Positions 35,799 to 49,200 of a stretch of 64,000 bases of DNA are shown here, in pieces (positions within the stretch are counted from its first letter, which is position 1; each line of letters starts with the position of its first letter). This stretch comes from Eledone cirrhosa. Its lineage: Eukaryota. Location: positions 256,990,001-257,054,000 of the forward strand of contig OZ024743.1 of assembly GCA_964016885.1 (NCBI GenBank). Reading direction: 5' to 3'. The position numbers were made by a program, and so were the translations under genes. Under the pieces are notes generated by a model. It saw only the letters and a list, made by a program, of their open reading frames with translations, was not told the origin of the DNA and did not search any database.

Positions 35799-37950
35799 CT
35801 AGCAGATGAATCGCCCCTTGGGCGGTTTTCTGCTACCATATATAGTCTGTATATTGATATATACAAATATATATGCACATAGATATAATACGTAAATTGA
35901 CAATGTGCACATAAACTGAACAAAGACTGTGTTACACTTACTTCTGTAATCTGTAAAGTAATCCATGATACATTAAAAAAAAAGGCGATAATGGAGATGG
36001 AAAAGCGATGAAACTGTTGACGGAAAATGTTCATGAATTTTCACTTGAGAATGTCGATGGGAAGCTTCAAGCAGTGAATTTGAAAATAGATGCTGCTGGT
36101 ATGAATGAATGAATTGTATTTACCAATATGAAGAGTTGACCTACGCTATATTGTTGTTTTACTGTATTCGCATATAGACTTCTTAAGATTTTGTAGTGTC
36201 CCTTTTCTAGCAGTTAAAAAGAAACTGAATGCATTTCAACTAAAAGAGAGTGATAGCTGTTTCACATCACTGTACAATTTCTTTGTAGACACAGTTGTCA
36301 ACAAACAGACCCCTTTCATTTAATATTTTTATATTTTTCTTTTTTGTAACTCGTGATAATGCAACATACCTCTGACCATGTGAGAAGAATTATTGTGTTG
36401 GTAGATATACACCTATCTTTTCAAATGTCTGCCCTTGTGCCTTGTTGCATGTAAGGGCAAAGGCTGGTTTGAGAGGAAATTACTTGCGAGTAAAGGTGAA
36501 AGGGAACTCAAGCTCTTGAGATACATGTGGTATACTTGGGATTAGCAACCTTGTTCCAGAATTGGGACCCAATGCCACTTCAGCTTCAATTACATGATTA
36601 TGTAAACTGATGATGATGTAGCATGTACCATTGCAATGCCTGTTTAGAGGATCCAGATTTCTCAGAAGCATGAAGCAACTGCCTTTCTTCAGTTTAAGTA
36701 TGTGTTGGGAAGCCTGATGGAGTAAGTTTGTTGATGAACTCAATTGGATATTGCAGTTCATTATCTACTGTATCAGAGCTGCTGTAGATTATTTCATGAG
36801 CAGGGAACTTGTTGACCATGAACTCATTCACCAATCTTGCATCATTTGTTGGAGTGATACACAAAATCACACAGTCCTGACACATTACCATATTCCAGAC
36901 AAAGTTCATTTGGCAGAAGAATTGTGAATGCACCTACAGTTGGAACAGTTGGAATGTTACCATTTCCCACATCAAGAAGGTAGTTTGCAAACTGTCTTTC
37001 ATCAGAATCCTCTGTATTAATTAACCATTGATTGGTTGTCATCTCCATGGTTTCCACATAGGCCCAGAGATAGGATCTCTTGATGGTTGCCTCAACTATT
37101 TGTGGTCTAGCACCATGATGTACAACTGGAAGAAATGCTTCCACTCACCAGATAGTAATACTGTTAGACCACCAAATGGCTTTTTGCAATCTCGAACATC
37201 TTTGAAGCTCTTGTCAAGGCATTCAAAGCTATGCTTATGTCCCATACCTATCTCATCAATGATTAGCAGGTCAGGTTGCTGCATATCTCTACCTGTCTCG
37301 CCCCTCTTTGTGAAGAAGCACGTTGATTCAGCAGTCACATTGAGAGGAATCTTGCACTTGGAATGAAGAGTTCTACCTTTGTGAAGCAAAGTGGCTGCTA
37401 TTCCAGATATGGCACTGGCAAGTGCAATTTCTTTTTTTTTAGATCGGAGGTAATCCAATAGGATGTTTATGACATAGGTCTTTCCAGTGCCTGCACTTGC
37501 ATTCAAGCAGAAAATTCTGCCTTTATTTTTATTTATAGAGGTGATTACTTTGTGAAAAATAACCAGTTGCTCAGGATTCAATGTTGGCAGAAGTTCATTT
37601 ATGTTTGCTTGCAGTTGGTGTGTATTGAAATCAGTTTCTGCCATAAGAACCCTGTTTATTTCTGGTATGGCAACAATAGTTGGGTCTGGCCGAGGAAGTC
37701 CATAGTTGGCATGAATGTCCAAGCCATCATGTTGAAGTCTTTGTTGGATCTTCTGTAGAACAATCTGCACGGTTTGCATGGACATGACTTGCTCATGACG
37801 TTCATGCATGATATCCTCTGCAAGACAATTCTTCCATTTCTCCCAGAACTGCAGAGGATCATTTGGCATGCTGTACAATAAAATGGTGCAGAAGATCTCT
37901 CACAGCTGAGGATCAAGCGTAATGGATGAGGCATCTTTCATAGCTTTGTC
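35799..37950 (-). mobile_element. Helitron 3' portion (helicase remnant and 3' terminus)
   Basis: Pif1 helicase fragments. The minus strand ends in hairpin AACCGCCCAAGGGGCGATT, then CTGCTAG|T at 35799. Confidence 0.88.
36330..37934 (-). pseudogene. Helitron Pif1-like helicase pseudogene
   Basis: LNPEQ, ASAGTGKT, ISGIAATLL..GRTLHS, IIDEIGM, PFGG..VLLSG, LLDVGNG, MLLRNLDP..CNGT, AFALTCNKAQGQT and SHGQ.YVALSRV across frameshifts. Confidence 0.9.
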
Positions 37951-38169
37951 TTTTTCTCCATCACGTTATACTTGTTTTACCCTCCCATTTCCAATTAAAC
38001 CGAACGCTATCATGACTGTATGTGTGTTTGTGTAAATGTATATGTGTGAATGTATGTATGTTTGTGTGAAAGTATGTGTATTTGTGTGAAATATTTCATG
38101 ATAATGATATATGATAATGCCCAATTCTGGCCAGACTTGTCTCCCGATGTCAACGACACATCTAACCCA

Positions 38170-38182
38170 TATATATATATAT

Positions 38183-38258
<76 letters not shown>
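38170..38258. repeat. (TA)n(GA)n microsatellite
   Basis: Direct reading. Confidence 0.95.
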
Positions 38259-38261
<3 letters not shown>

Positions 38262-38675
38262 CAACCTCTTACCGACACTACTGCTGGGTCACACAGTGTC
38301 TAAGACATATCAGACACTGAACAATGTTAATAAACAAAGACTATGTTGGGTTCAAAATGTGCCATATACTGTTGGACTAAATTGCAAGCAACTCGTATAG
38401 AATCATCACTATTCTTGTGGAGGTTGTCAGAAGATTCTTTGGCCATTTTTCTTCCAATGTACAAACTACCAGTCTGAGAAATAGGACATATTGAAGCTGG
38501 TCTTAAGAAAGCTACTAAGATTTGAGATACAATATATTGTCGAAGATCTATCAACCATAAACAACATCGTTTGGCACATGGAAGCCACAAAACGATTCAA
38601 TAATAGAAATGTTTAGCCACTTTACAGCTGCCCTCGCTTTTTCACCTTTTTTCTTATTTATACTTCTTTTGTCAT

Positions 38676-38798
<123 letters not shown>

Positions 38799-39704
38799 GT
38801 TATTGTTTCTTAACTGTAAGAGTGGTATTAGATAAATCTCCTTTTCTGTCATGGCTTACTAACTCTTTATGGACATTTAAATTCTTTAAATATTTATATA
38901 TATTTCTTAATAATGACAAGTTCGATACTCATCAGACAATGTAATACAACTGGATGTTCATTTTAGTTCAAACTCTTTCAGTCACACCTTACACTATCCA
39001 GGTATATGGCATAATTTTTCTAAAATGGATACACACAAAGATAGAAATGGCAGAACCTATCAACATTTTATATCCACTCTCTAAGCTGGAATGGGCTGGA
39101 AAAATCGTCACAGTTGTAGACTTGACAGGCTGGAGAACTATCTCTCAATCGTAATTCTTTTTTCAGAATGGTTTCTACAGCTGTATGTTTTTCTTAAATA
39201 ACTTTATTGTATATACTGAGTGCTTATTATTGTGGCACCAGCACTGGAGACGTCATATATTCAGCAGGACTAAAGGGGACCTTTCAAATCTATATGGTCT
39301 CAGTTTAACCCTACTACATTGCAGAGTGTACTGAGTGTACTTTAGCATGGCAACAACACTAGTGAATTTGTCCTGGGACTGGTAAGACTAAAAGGTATTC
39401 ACTATAATACAATCCTGCATTGTTTCTGTTCAATTAAGTCATCACCAAGAAGATACATAGGGCTGGGTGTGACCTATTTATATTCTATCTACTTTTCTAT
39501 TTCACAATACGTCTATTGAATACACAACCTTCGCTATTTTTTTACATCACACCCTGTATATTTTTTTCATTTTCCAATCATTTCATTTCCTAGAACAGGT
39601 GAGCATTGATCTTTCTTCCTTTTGTTAGAATCATCTTATAGCCTGCAAGGTGATTGATACTGAGGTGATTAATCAAGATAATATATCTCTCCCTGATCAA
39701 TAAA

Positions 39705-40050
39705 GCAACAACAACCACAAATACAACAGCAATGACAGAAATATTGACAGCAACAACAATAATGGCAATAACAATAACAACCACATCAGCAACAACAATG
39801 ACAAGAACAAGAGCAATGATAACAGCAACAATGACAACCACATCAGCATCAGCAATGACAACAATAATGGTAGCAACAATATCAACAACAACAATAATAA
39901 CAACAACAGCAACAACAGTATAACAATAACAACAAAGGCAAACAACTGCAACAACAGCCACAACAACTATTACAGCAACAAAAATGGCAACAAGAACATA
40001 ACTACTACAAATATTACATCTACTACTACTATTACAATAACAACAACAAA
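39705..40050. repeat. Degenerate (CAA)n tract
   Basis: Direct reading. Explains the poly-V/L/T ORFs. Confidence 0.85.
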
Positions 40051-40669
40051 GATATAAAAGCCAATTTAACTCCTGGATTCTGAGAAAAGTGATCAGTGTG
40101 AAAGATGCTCTACAAATATTCGGTAATCAATATGGCGTACAGACAATTTCTAACCACTTTTCTCTAACCTGAAAAATATTTTCTTTTGTTCTTTTAAAAG
40201 TTTTGTCAAAAAGGTTTCCCTTTCCCAGCCACTGACTCTCTGATATCCTCAGCACATTCCCATCAACTTCAATCCTGTTCTAAATATGGTTGCTGCTGCG
40301 TCTGTTTATTAGTTTGCTTTAAAAAAAAAACTACTTTTAATCTTTCGTTTTTTTATTCTTTATTCGCACACTCATTAATTGTTAATTATTAAATCTAAAC
40401 TATAATAAAGTAAGGAATGTGGGACTGCGTCCAGAATATATTTGTTTATCCCATTTGTAAAATAAGTTGGATTACTTTAAATAAATAATGAATGGATATT
40501 ACATAATGTATCTACTAAATTTCGTTATTCTTGATTAAATATAAATAATTTTGTTGGTTATTTTAAGATTCACTTCTTTAAAATTTTCAAATGTCAACAC
40601 TTCCGGTTAGCGATCGCTTAAATAAACATTCATATATTTCTGTCACTAATTTTCTCCTAATACAGTTTA

Positions 40670-40881
40670 TATATAATATTGTCTTTTTTAACATATCATG
40701 GATTACGTTACTGATTACATAAGACAGTGGAATGCGGTCTTTGTTCAAATTTCCGTGTATATTGTCAATTACGATTTTATTTGATGTATCATATCTACAT
40801 GCATATATACTTGCATATAATATCAATATGCACACTACACATGCTAGCAGAAAACCACTCGAAGGGTGGTTTTTCTGCTAG
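40670..40881 (+). mobile_element. Second Helitron 3' terminus
   Basis: Homologous to the reverse complement of 35799-36000. Hairpin CTAGCAGAAAACCAC-tcgaag-GGTGGTTTTTCTGCTAG|T. Confidence 0.8.
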
Positions 40882-41004
40882 TACAGGATAGATCCTCCTC
40901 AATTTGTGACAATGAGATGCTTACTAGTGAAGTTAACATGTAAATGACTTTTAGTATTCTACATACATATAAATGTGGATGTATGTATATATGTCTATAT
41001 CATC

Positions 41005-41178
41005 ATTAGAGGGTCAGACACCATGGTTTGATGCAAAGAGTTACGGCCCTTGCCATTCTGAGTTCAAATCCTGCCGAGGTTAACTTTGCCTTTCATTCTT
41101 ATGGGGGTCGATAAAATAAAGTACCAGTAATGCACTGGGTAATTGCTGGCCTTGTGCCAAAGTAGAAACAATTATTAT
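41005..41178 (+). mobile_element. tRNA SINE family A
   Basis: B box GAGTTCAAATCC plus family body and tail. Confidence 0.88.
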
Positions 41179-42664
41179 TTAATGTCAGTTTTCCATGTTT
41201 GCATGAGTTAAACAGGTCTGAGAACGACATTACTGTTGATACGATACCATTTTGCTTTTGTTTTCTACTGTTGGATGACCTTCCCAATGTCAACCACATT
41301 ACAGTGTGTACTGGTAACTTTATTCATAGTATATATATATCATCCTCATTGCTTTAACATTGATTTTTCCATGCTTGCATGGGTTGGATGGCTCCTTTTC
41401 AGCACAGCATCACTCCCCTTGCTGCATCCCTTCATCATCTTCTCTGTGATTTGCATCTCTCATCACATTTCATTTTAAGTTCAAGTATTTTCAAGAATAA
41501 TGGATGATGATGATGATATATTCAGTCACCAGCAGATAAGTAATGAGAAATTCAAGATAGTAACTCAGTAAAACTCAAGTACTGCATGAGTAAACATCAT
41601 TGATGATGGATTAAACATTCTGAAAATCTAGTGCCTTGCATTCTCACACAACTACAGAGACAGCTATGACATGATCACAGTTTAAAACTATCAAGGTGAA
41701 ACATAAATGTTTATTATATAGCCATGTGACATATGCCTTCAGATACACCATTATATATATATATATATATATATATGGTATTTCTCCAAGATATATAAAG
41801 TCAGTAAGTACATTTCAGGATTCTTCTATAAGTGATAGAGTATATCAGCCCCTTTGGTTTGTGATTGTTTGGATGATACACATATATTCTGATATTGTAG
41901 CCGACTAGATCCCCAAAAGGTGTTTATCATCAATGCAATTTACAGAGAAATTTGTAGATTTGACATGTTTACATGTCTCTATACTGAAAATGCACAAGTT
42001 TATATAAACATTTACACAGTCTCAGTTACCTCTATTCTGTATATATAACTTTAACAAATATTATTATCTTCCTTCACATAGTATAACGTGTATCCTCTAA
42101 TTTATATAATCTTTTAAAAAAATATTCCTCTTAATGCATATCCCTTTCCACCCTCACCCATTCTTATTTAGCTCCAATGACTATTTTACACAGTGTCTCC
42201 AATCTTCAGAGATTCCTTGGAATGATAAGTCTCACCAATCAGTCACAAATATATTTACATCTATAACACCTCTTCTTCATATTTACGTTTCAATCTTCTT
42301 TAGTATTTTTTAAGTATGATAATCTCAGCCCATCTCAAAGTCATATATAAAGCACAAAGAACACAATATGGCCCACATAATCAACTAAATATTATATTTC
42401 GCACCCTGATTTTCAAATCATACAGATAAAAGTAAACATGGCTATCTCATAGCTATAGTTCTGTTGAAAGAATACATTTATAAACTTAAAATTGTTGTAG
42501 AAAACATTTACAGAATTGTAAGAGACAAGCTTTCAGCAGTTAACTAGTTATCTCAAAATATATTTCAAATTAAATTTTATGTGTGTTTGTGCATGTACAT
42601 TAATATGTGTATACACGATATCAAATGCCAATGTGTGTGTGAGTATGTGTGTATGTTTGTTATT

Positions 42665-42828
42665 ATTATGGTTCTTTACATTCTGAGTTAGCTCTACCTT
42701 TTATCCTTACGGGGTCGATAAAGTAAAACACCAGTAATGCACTGGGGTCGATTTAATCACCCCCCCCCCCCCCAAAAAAAAAAAAATTGCTGGCCTTGTG
42801 CCTATTGTAATTATTATTATTATTATTA
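42665..42828 (+). mobile_element. SINE family A 3' half
   Basis: TTATCCTTACGGGGTCGATAAA..TTGCTGGCCTTGTGCCT plus (ATT)n. Confidence 0.75.
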
Positions 42829-43639
42829 GAGTATAAAGTTTAAACAAATATTTCCTGCTTTCACACTTTTTTGCAATCTTCTGAAACTATCATATAATAG
42901 ACATCACACAGCCTGGTCTTTCTTCTTCTATTCTCCCATCTTGCCTTTTCTACACCCCAGTGTCACTCTTCTTTGTCTGCACATTGGACTACAGTTCATA
43001 TTATTCTTTTCTGTTTTACTATTTCTCTCTGTTCTATATTTTAATCTCCATACTCCTTTGGCAAAGACCTCGTGCTCCATTCTTTCCCTTCTTTGTCAGT
43101 TGACGCACTTGTGATACTTTGTCATCAATATATAACTTATCTTTACAGCTTTTGTCATGTCCCAATGTGCACTGGAATGAATGGAATCAACTTTAATACA
43201 CTGAAACTGTAGTGATTTCCAGTTGTTTTTTCCATTGTCTTTGTATATATAGTGATGGACTCTCCTGTTTATTTCAAGGTATGAGGAATTAATAGCTGTC
43301 TCAGTTCATTATTTATTATTATGCCTTAAATAGCACAACAGTCCAGCCTCTGCTTTAAACATCAAGCCATATTTAGTGCAGGTGACAGGATTTTGAGTGG
43401 AGCAAGATGGAAGGTTTGATCGAATCTTCATGTTAGATCACAAAGATGGGTCAGACAAGATTTTTCATAGTTCTTTATGCCTTCATGGTAGACAATTTTC
43501 CATTTTCCACACACAGATGCTAGGGTAAAAAAGAAGTAAGAGGTATATTCACATATTTAAGATTGTACATCAGTTTGTCTTTATATCTGAGTAATGGTTT
43601 TCCTACATTACGTGTGAAATTGACTGTATAACAGTACTT

Positions 43640-43880
43640 TGGGCATGTAGTTCTCAGTCATTTATAGGACATGCCCAGGCCATCTGAGTTGGGATTACAT
43701 CAGAAATGACTCAATTTCAGCGATGCTGTACCTTGTGAACAGATCAGCATTGGAGACTTTGTAGAAAGTGGATAACCACAGATTAACTGAAAATAATGTT
43801 TGTGGAACACATAAAGCTTATAAATGTGAGTGCAATAAAGTGCCCATGACTCCAAGCCATATAAAACATTATTTTTGAGA
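43640..43880 (-). mobile_element. Highly decayed RTE-type LINE fragment
   Basis: VLYGLESWALY..HI..L.VFH resembles the LLYG.E.W motif. Confidence 0.45.
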
Positions 43881-44199
43881 GTGAATGTCAGTGCAATATA
43901 CATATATATATATATTGCACAGACATTCACCCTCAACATAGATTCTTTGTAATATAGTGTGTGACAAGGGAAGCCATTCTTTTGCCAACCAAGTGGAAAG
44001 GAGTAATGTGAATTACGGAGTCTTGTTCAAGAATACATGTGCCTCCAGCATTTAAACTCACAACTTTGCAATTATGAGCTGAACACACTAACCACTATGC
44101 CACTTGCCTTCCATATATATAAATGGACAACCTCACTAGAGTTGGTGATTTACACGATACAAGTTGTCATGTCAAAGACATGATAACCTAGCTAGTGTT

Positions 44200-44495
44200 G
44201 GTTATTTACATGATAAAAGCACCCAGTACATGCTGTAAAGTGGTTGGTGTTAGGAAGAGTATCCAGCTGTAGAAATGTTGCCAAACAAAGGATTGGGAGG
44301 ACCCACAGTTGTATCAAAGGCATGACAACTTCTGCTGAGCACTCAGTGGAATGTGAAACCATGCATAAGCGAGATACAGATCCCTGGACTGCCTGGAAGA
44401 TCATTGGCTCTGCTTCAGTACCAACTTGGTCTGTATCGACCCATCCAAACCTTGCTAGCAGGAAAACCAGATGTTAAAACGATGATGATGATGAT
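44200..44495 (+). mobile_element. Short element with RTE-type 3' tail
   Basis: GTAAAGTGGTTGGTGTTAGGAAGAGTATCCAGC..CCTTGCTAGCAGGAAAACCAGATGTTAAAAC(GAT)n. Confidence 0.7.
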
Positions 44496-45828
44496 AATGA
44501 GAAAGAGGGAGAGATAGTAATAAATACAAAGACCAAAATCTAGAAAGGATATGATAAAAGTATATATATTTATATGCAATAATGTATAAATAATCTTAAC
44601 CCCCCCCTCTCTCCCCCTCTTTCTCTCTCTCTGAAAACATTTTTTCAGATTCCAGCCTACCCATCCCTTCAATCTTCCTAATTTCTCATTCTTTCTTCTG
44701 ATGAAACACTAGCATCCAAAACATTAAGAGCCTCTTCCTGTTATTTTAAGTGTTAAACTAATATATTCCTTCCATATACTGTACTGATTGTGTTTTGTTA
44801 CCTTTTACATATATATATACAGTATATATATCAATTAATTAATTAATAAATATATATATATCAATATATATATCAATGAATCAATTAATATTTATATATA
44901 TCTATTTATTAATTGATTCATTATTTGGTTGATATCATGTTGATAACCCCAATCACTTTGTTTTATTAATGCCAGCCCACTACTAAATCTGTATGAGTTT
45001 GCTCTAATTCTGAATTATTTTCAGTTCTCGTGTGGCAACGGTTTTGCTGTAGGGGTTGGATGTCACAGAATGGGCAGTACTCAAGTAAAGCCTCTAACCA
45101 GGTGCATTTTATTGTGGCACCAACTCTAGTGAAATTGTCATGACTTTGGCATAGCTGAAGAGTCTTTCTAACCGTATATTTGTCATGTATACTCTGGCTT
45201 TCTACCCTTCCTATCGCCAATATATAATTAATATAATTAATGGTGCTTGTCTCTGACTATATATTTACACCATAAGATTATCTCTCATATCGTCTGTTCA
45301 TAGTTGTAAGTAGATCAAAACAGAAAAGTAAATTATTTGTATACCAAAAGAATAAAAATAAATAAATCTTCATATATGTTTCTCCCCAGAAACTCTAAGC
45401 TCAAAACATGAAGTCTGACAATAGCAATGTTTTCTGTAAGTCTTTAATTCCTTTACGTAAATTCAACATACTTATGCCTTGCAGCTATTTGATTTTAAAT
45501 ATAATATTTTGTGATTTGGTGGGAATTCACAGCAGAAATATGCTGTGAGTTTCACACAATCAGCCTGAAGCTTCTTACTAGAAGATTAATATTTATAACT
45601 TCCAACTGTACTACCAGTAACAGATAAACATTATATATAATACCTATGTATCACATCACTGACACACTTGCTTAATGATATATAGGGATGCACACACACA
45701 CATATATACAATATAAATACCTATATACAGATACACATATGTATAATACCCATATATATATATATATCCCCCTCACACAAGCATATATAAGCAAGCAGAG
45801 ACAGAGATGCAGATGTCTCTTTCTCCCT

Positions 45829-46248
<420 letters not shown>

Positions 46249-46285
46249 CCAGAGAGTGTAACGCGAAGTTACTGTAGGTTCACCC

Positions 46286-49200
46286 AGGTGAGCACTCGAT
46301 GTTTAGGTGCACGTCAGTATCGAGGTGTAGAGCAAGACAGAGTGTAATATAATAATACAAGGATCAGCTGAGCACTCGATGTTTAGGTTCACGTCAGTAT
46401 CGAGGTGTAGAGCCAGACAGAGTGTAATATAATAATACAAGGATCAGCTGAGCACTCGATCTTTAGGTTCACGTCAGTATCAAGGTGTAGAGCCAGACAG
46501 AGTGTAATATAATAATTCAAGGATCAGCTGAGCACTCGATGTTTAGGTTCACGTCAGTATCGAGGTGTAGAGCCAGACAGAGTGTAATATAATAATACAA
46601 GGATCAGCTGAGCACACGATGTTTAGGTTCACGTCAGTATCAAGGTGTAGAGCCAGACAGAGTGTAATATAATAATACAAGGATCAGGTGAGCACTCGAT
46701 GTTTAGGTTCTCGTCAGTATCGAGGTGTAGAGCCAGACAGAGTGTAATATAATAATACAAGGATCAGCTGAGCACTCGATGTTTAGGTTCTCGTCAGTAT
46801 CGAGGTGTAGAGCCAGACAGAGTGTAATATAATAATACAAGGATCAGCTGAGCACTCGATGTTTAGGTTCACGTCAGTATCAAGGTGTAGAGCCAGACAG
46901 AGTGTAATATAATAATTCAAGGATCAGGTGAGCACTCGATGTTTAGGTTCACGTCAGTATCAAGGTGTAGAGCCAGATAGAGTGTAATATAATAATACAA
47001 GGATCAGGTGAGCACTCGATGTTTAGTTTCACGTCAGTATCAAGGTGTAGAGCCAGACAGAGTGTAATATAATAATACAAGAATCAGGTGAGCACTCGAT
47101 GTTTAGGTTCACGTCAGTATCGAGGTGTAGAGCCAGACAGAGTGTAATATAATAATACAAGGATCAGGTGAGCACTCGATGTTTAGGTTCACGTCAGTAT
47201 CGAGGTGTAGAGCCAGATAGAGTGTAATATAATAATACAAGGATCAGGTGAGCACTCGATGTTTAGGTTGACGTCAGTATCAAGGTGTAGAGCCAGACAG
47301 AGTGTAATATAGTAATACAAGGATCAGCTAAGCACACGATGTTTAGGTTCACGTCAGTATCGAGGTGTAGAGCCAGACAGAGTGTAATATAATAATACAA
47401 GGATCAGCTAAGCACACGATGTTTAGGTTCACGTCAGTATCGAGGTGTAGAGCCAGACAGAGTGTAATATAATAATACAAGGATCAGGTGAGCACTCGAT
47501 GTTTAGGTTCTCGTCAGTATCAAGGTGTAGAGCCAGACAGAGTGTAATATAATAATGCAAGGATCAGCTGAGCACTCGATGTTTAGGTTCACGTTAGTAT
47601 CGAGGTGTAGAGCAAGACAGAGTGTAATATAATAATACAAGGATCAGGTGAGCACTCGATGTTTAGGTACACGTTAGTATCGAGGTGTAGAGCCAGACAG
47701 AGTGTAATATAATAATACAAGGATCAGCTGAGCACTCGATGTTTAGGTTCACGTCAGTATCAAGGTGTAGAGCCAGACAGAGTGTAATATAATAATACAA
47801 GGATCAGGTGAGCAGTCGATGTTTAGGTTCTCGTCAGTATCAAGGTGTAGAGCCAGACAGAGTGTAATATAGTAATACAAGGATCAGCTGAGCACTCGAT
47901 GTTTAGGTTCACGTCAGTATCAAGGTGTAGAGCCAGACAGAGTGTAATATAATAATACAAGGATCAGCTGAGCACTCGATGTTTAGGTACACGTTAGTAT
48001 CGAGGTGTAGAGCCAGACAGAGTGCAATATAATAATACAAGGTCAGGTGAGCACTCGATGTTTAGGTTCACGTCAGTATCAAGGTGTAGAGCCAGACAGA
48101 GTGTAATATAATAATACAAGGATCAGGTGAGCACTCGATGTTTAGGTTCACGTCAGTATCAAGGTGTAGAGCCAGACAGAGTGCAATATAATAATACAAG
48201 GATCAGGTGAGCACTCGATGTTTAGGTTCACGTCAGTATCAAGGTGTAGAGCCAGACAGAGTGTAATATAATAATAAAAGGATCAGCTGAGCACTCGATG
48301 TTTAGGTTCACGTCAGTATCAAGGTGTAGAGCCAGACAGAGTGTAATATAATAATACAAGGATCAGCTGAGCACTCGATGTTTAGGTTCACGTCAGTATC
48401 AAGGTGTAGAGCCAGACAGAGTGTAATATAATAATAAAAGGATCAGCTGAGCACACGATGTTAGGTTCACGTCAGTATCAAGGTGTAGAGCCAGACAGAG
48501 TGTAATATAATAATACAAGGATCAGGTGAGCACTCGATGTTTAGGTTCTCGTCAGTATCAAGGTGTAGAGCCAGACAGAGTGTAATATAATAATACAAGG
48601 ATCAGCTGAGCAATCGATGTTTAGGTACACGTTAGTATCGAGGTGTAGAGCCAGACAGAGTGTAATATAATAATACAAGGATCAGGTGAGCACTCGATGT
48701 TTAGGTTCACGTCAGTATCAAGGTGTAGAGCAAGACAGAGTGTAATATAATAATAAAAGGATCAGCTGAGCACTCGATGTTTAGGTTCACGTCAGTATCA
48801 AGGTGTAGAGCCAGACAGAGTGTAATATAATAATACAAGGATCAGGTGAGCACTCGATGTTTAGGTTCACGTCAGTATCAAGGTGTAGAGCCAGACAGAG
48901 TGTAATATAATAATACAAGGATCAGGTGAGCATTCGATGTTTAGGTTCACGTCAGTATCGAGGTGTAGAGCCAGACAGAGTGTAATATAATAATACAAGG
49001 ATCAGCTGAGCACTCGATGTTTAGGTTCACGTCAGTATCAAGGTGTAGAGCCAGACAGAGTGTAATATAATAATAAAAGGATCCGCTGAGCACTCGATGT
49101 TTAGGTTCACGTCAGTATCGAGGTGTAGAGCCAGACAGAGTGTAATATAATAATACAAGGATCAGCTGAGCACTCGATGTTTAGGTTCACGTCAGTATCA

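Noticed and set aside
38260-38610. Non-repetitive segment with an 87-aa ORF between microsatellites (possible Helitron-captured fragment)
   Set aside because: No recognisable motif or splice signals, so it cannot be supported without a search.
39593-39650. Possible plus-strand microexons (tag|AACAG|gtgag and ttag|21 nt|gtgatt)
   Set aside because: The intervening intron would be too short and the signals are compatible with chance.
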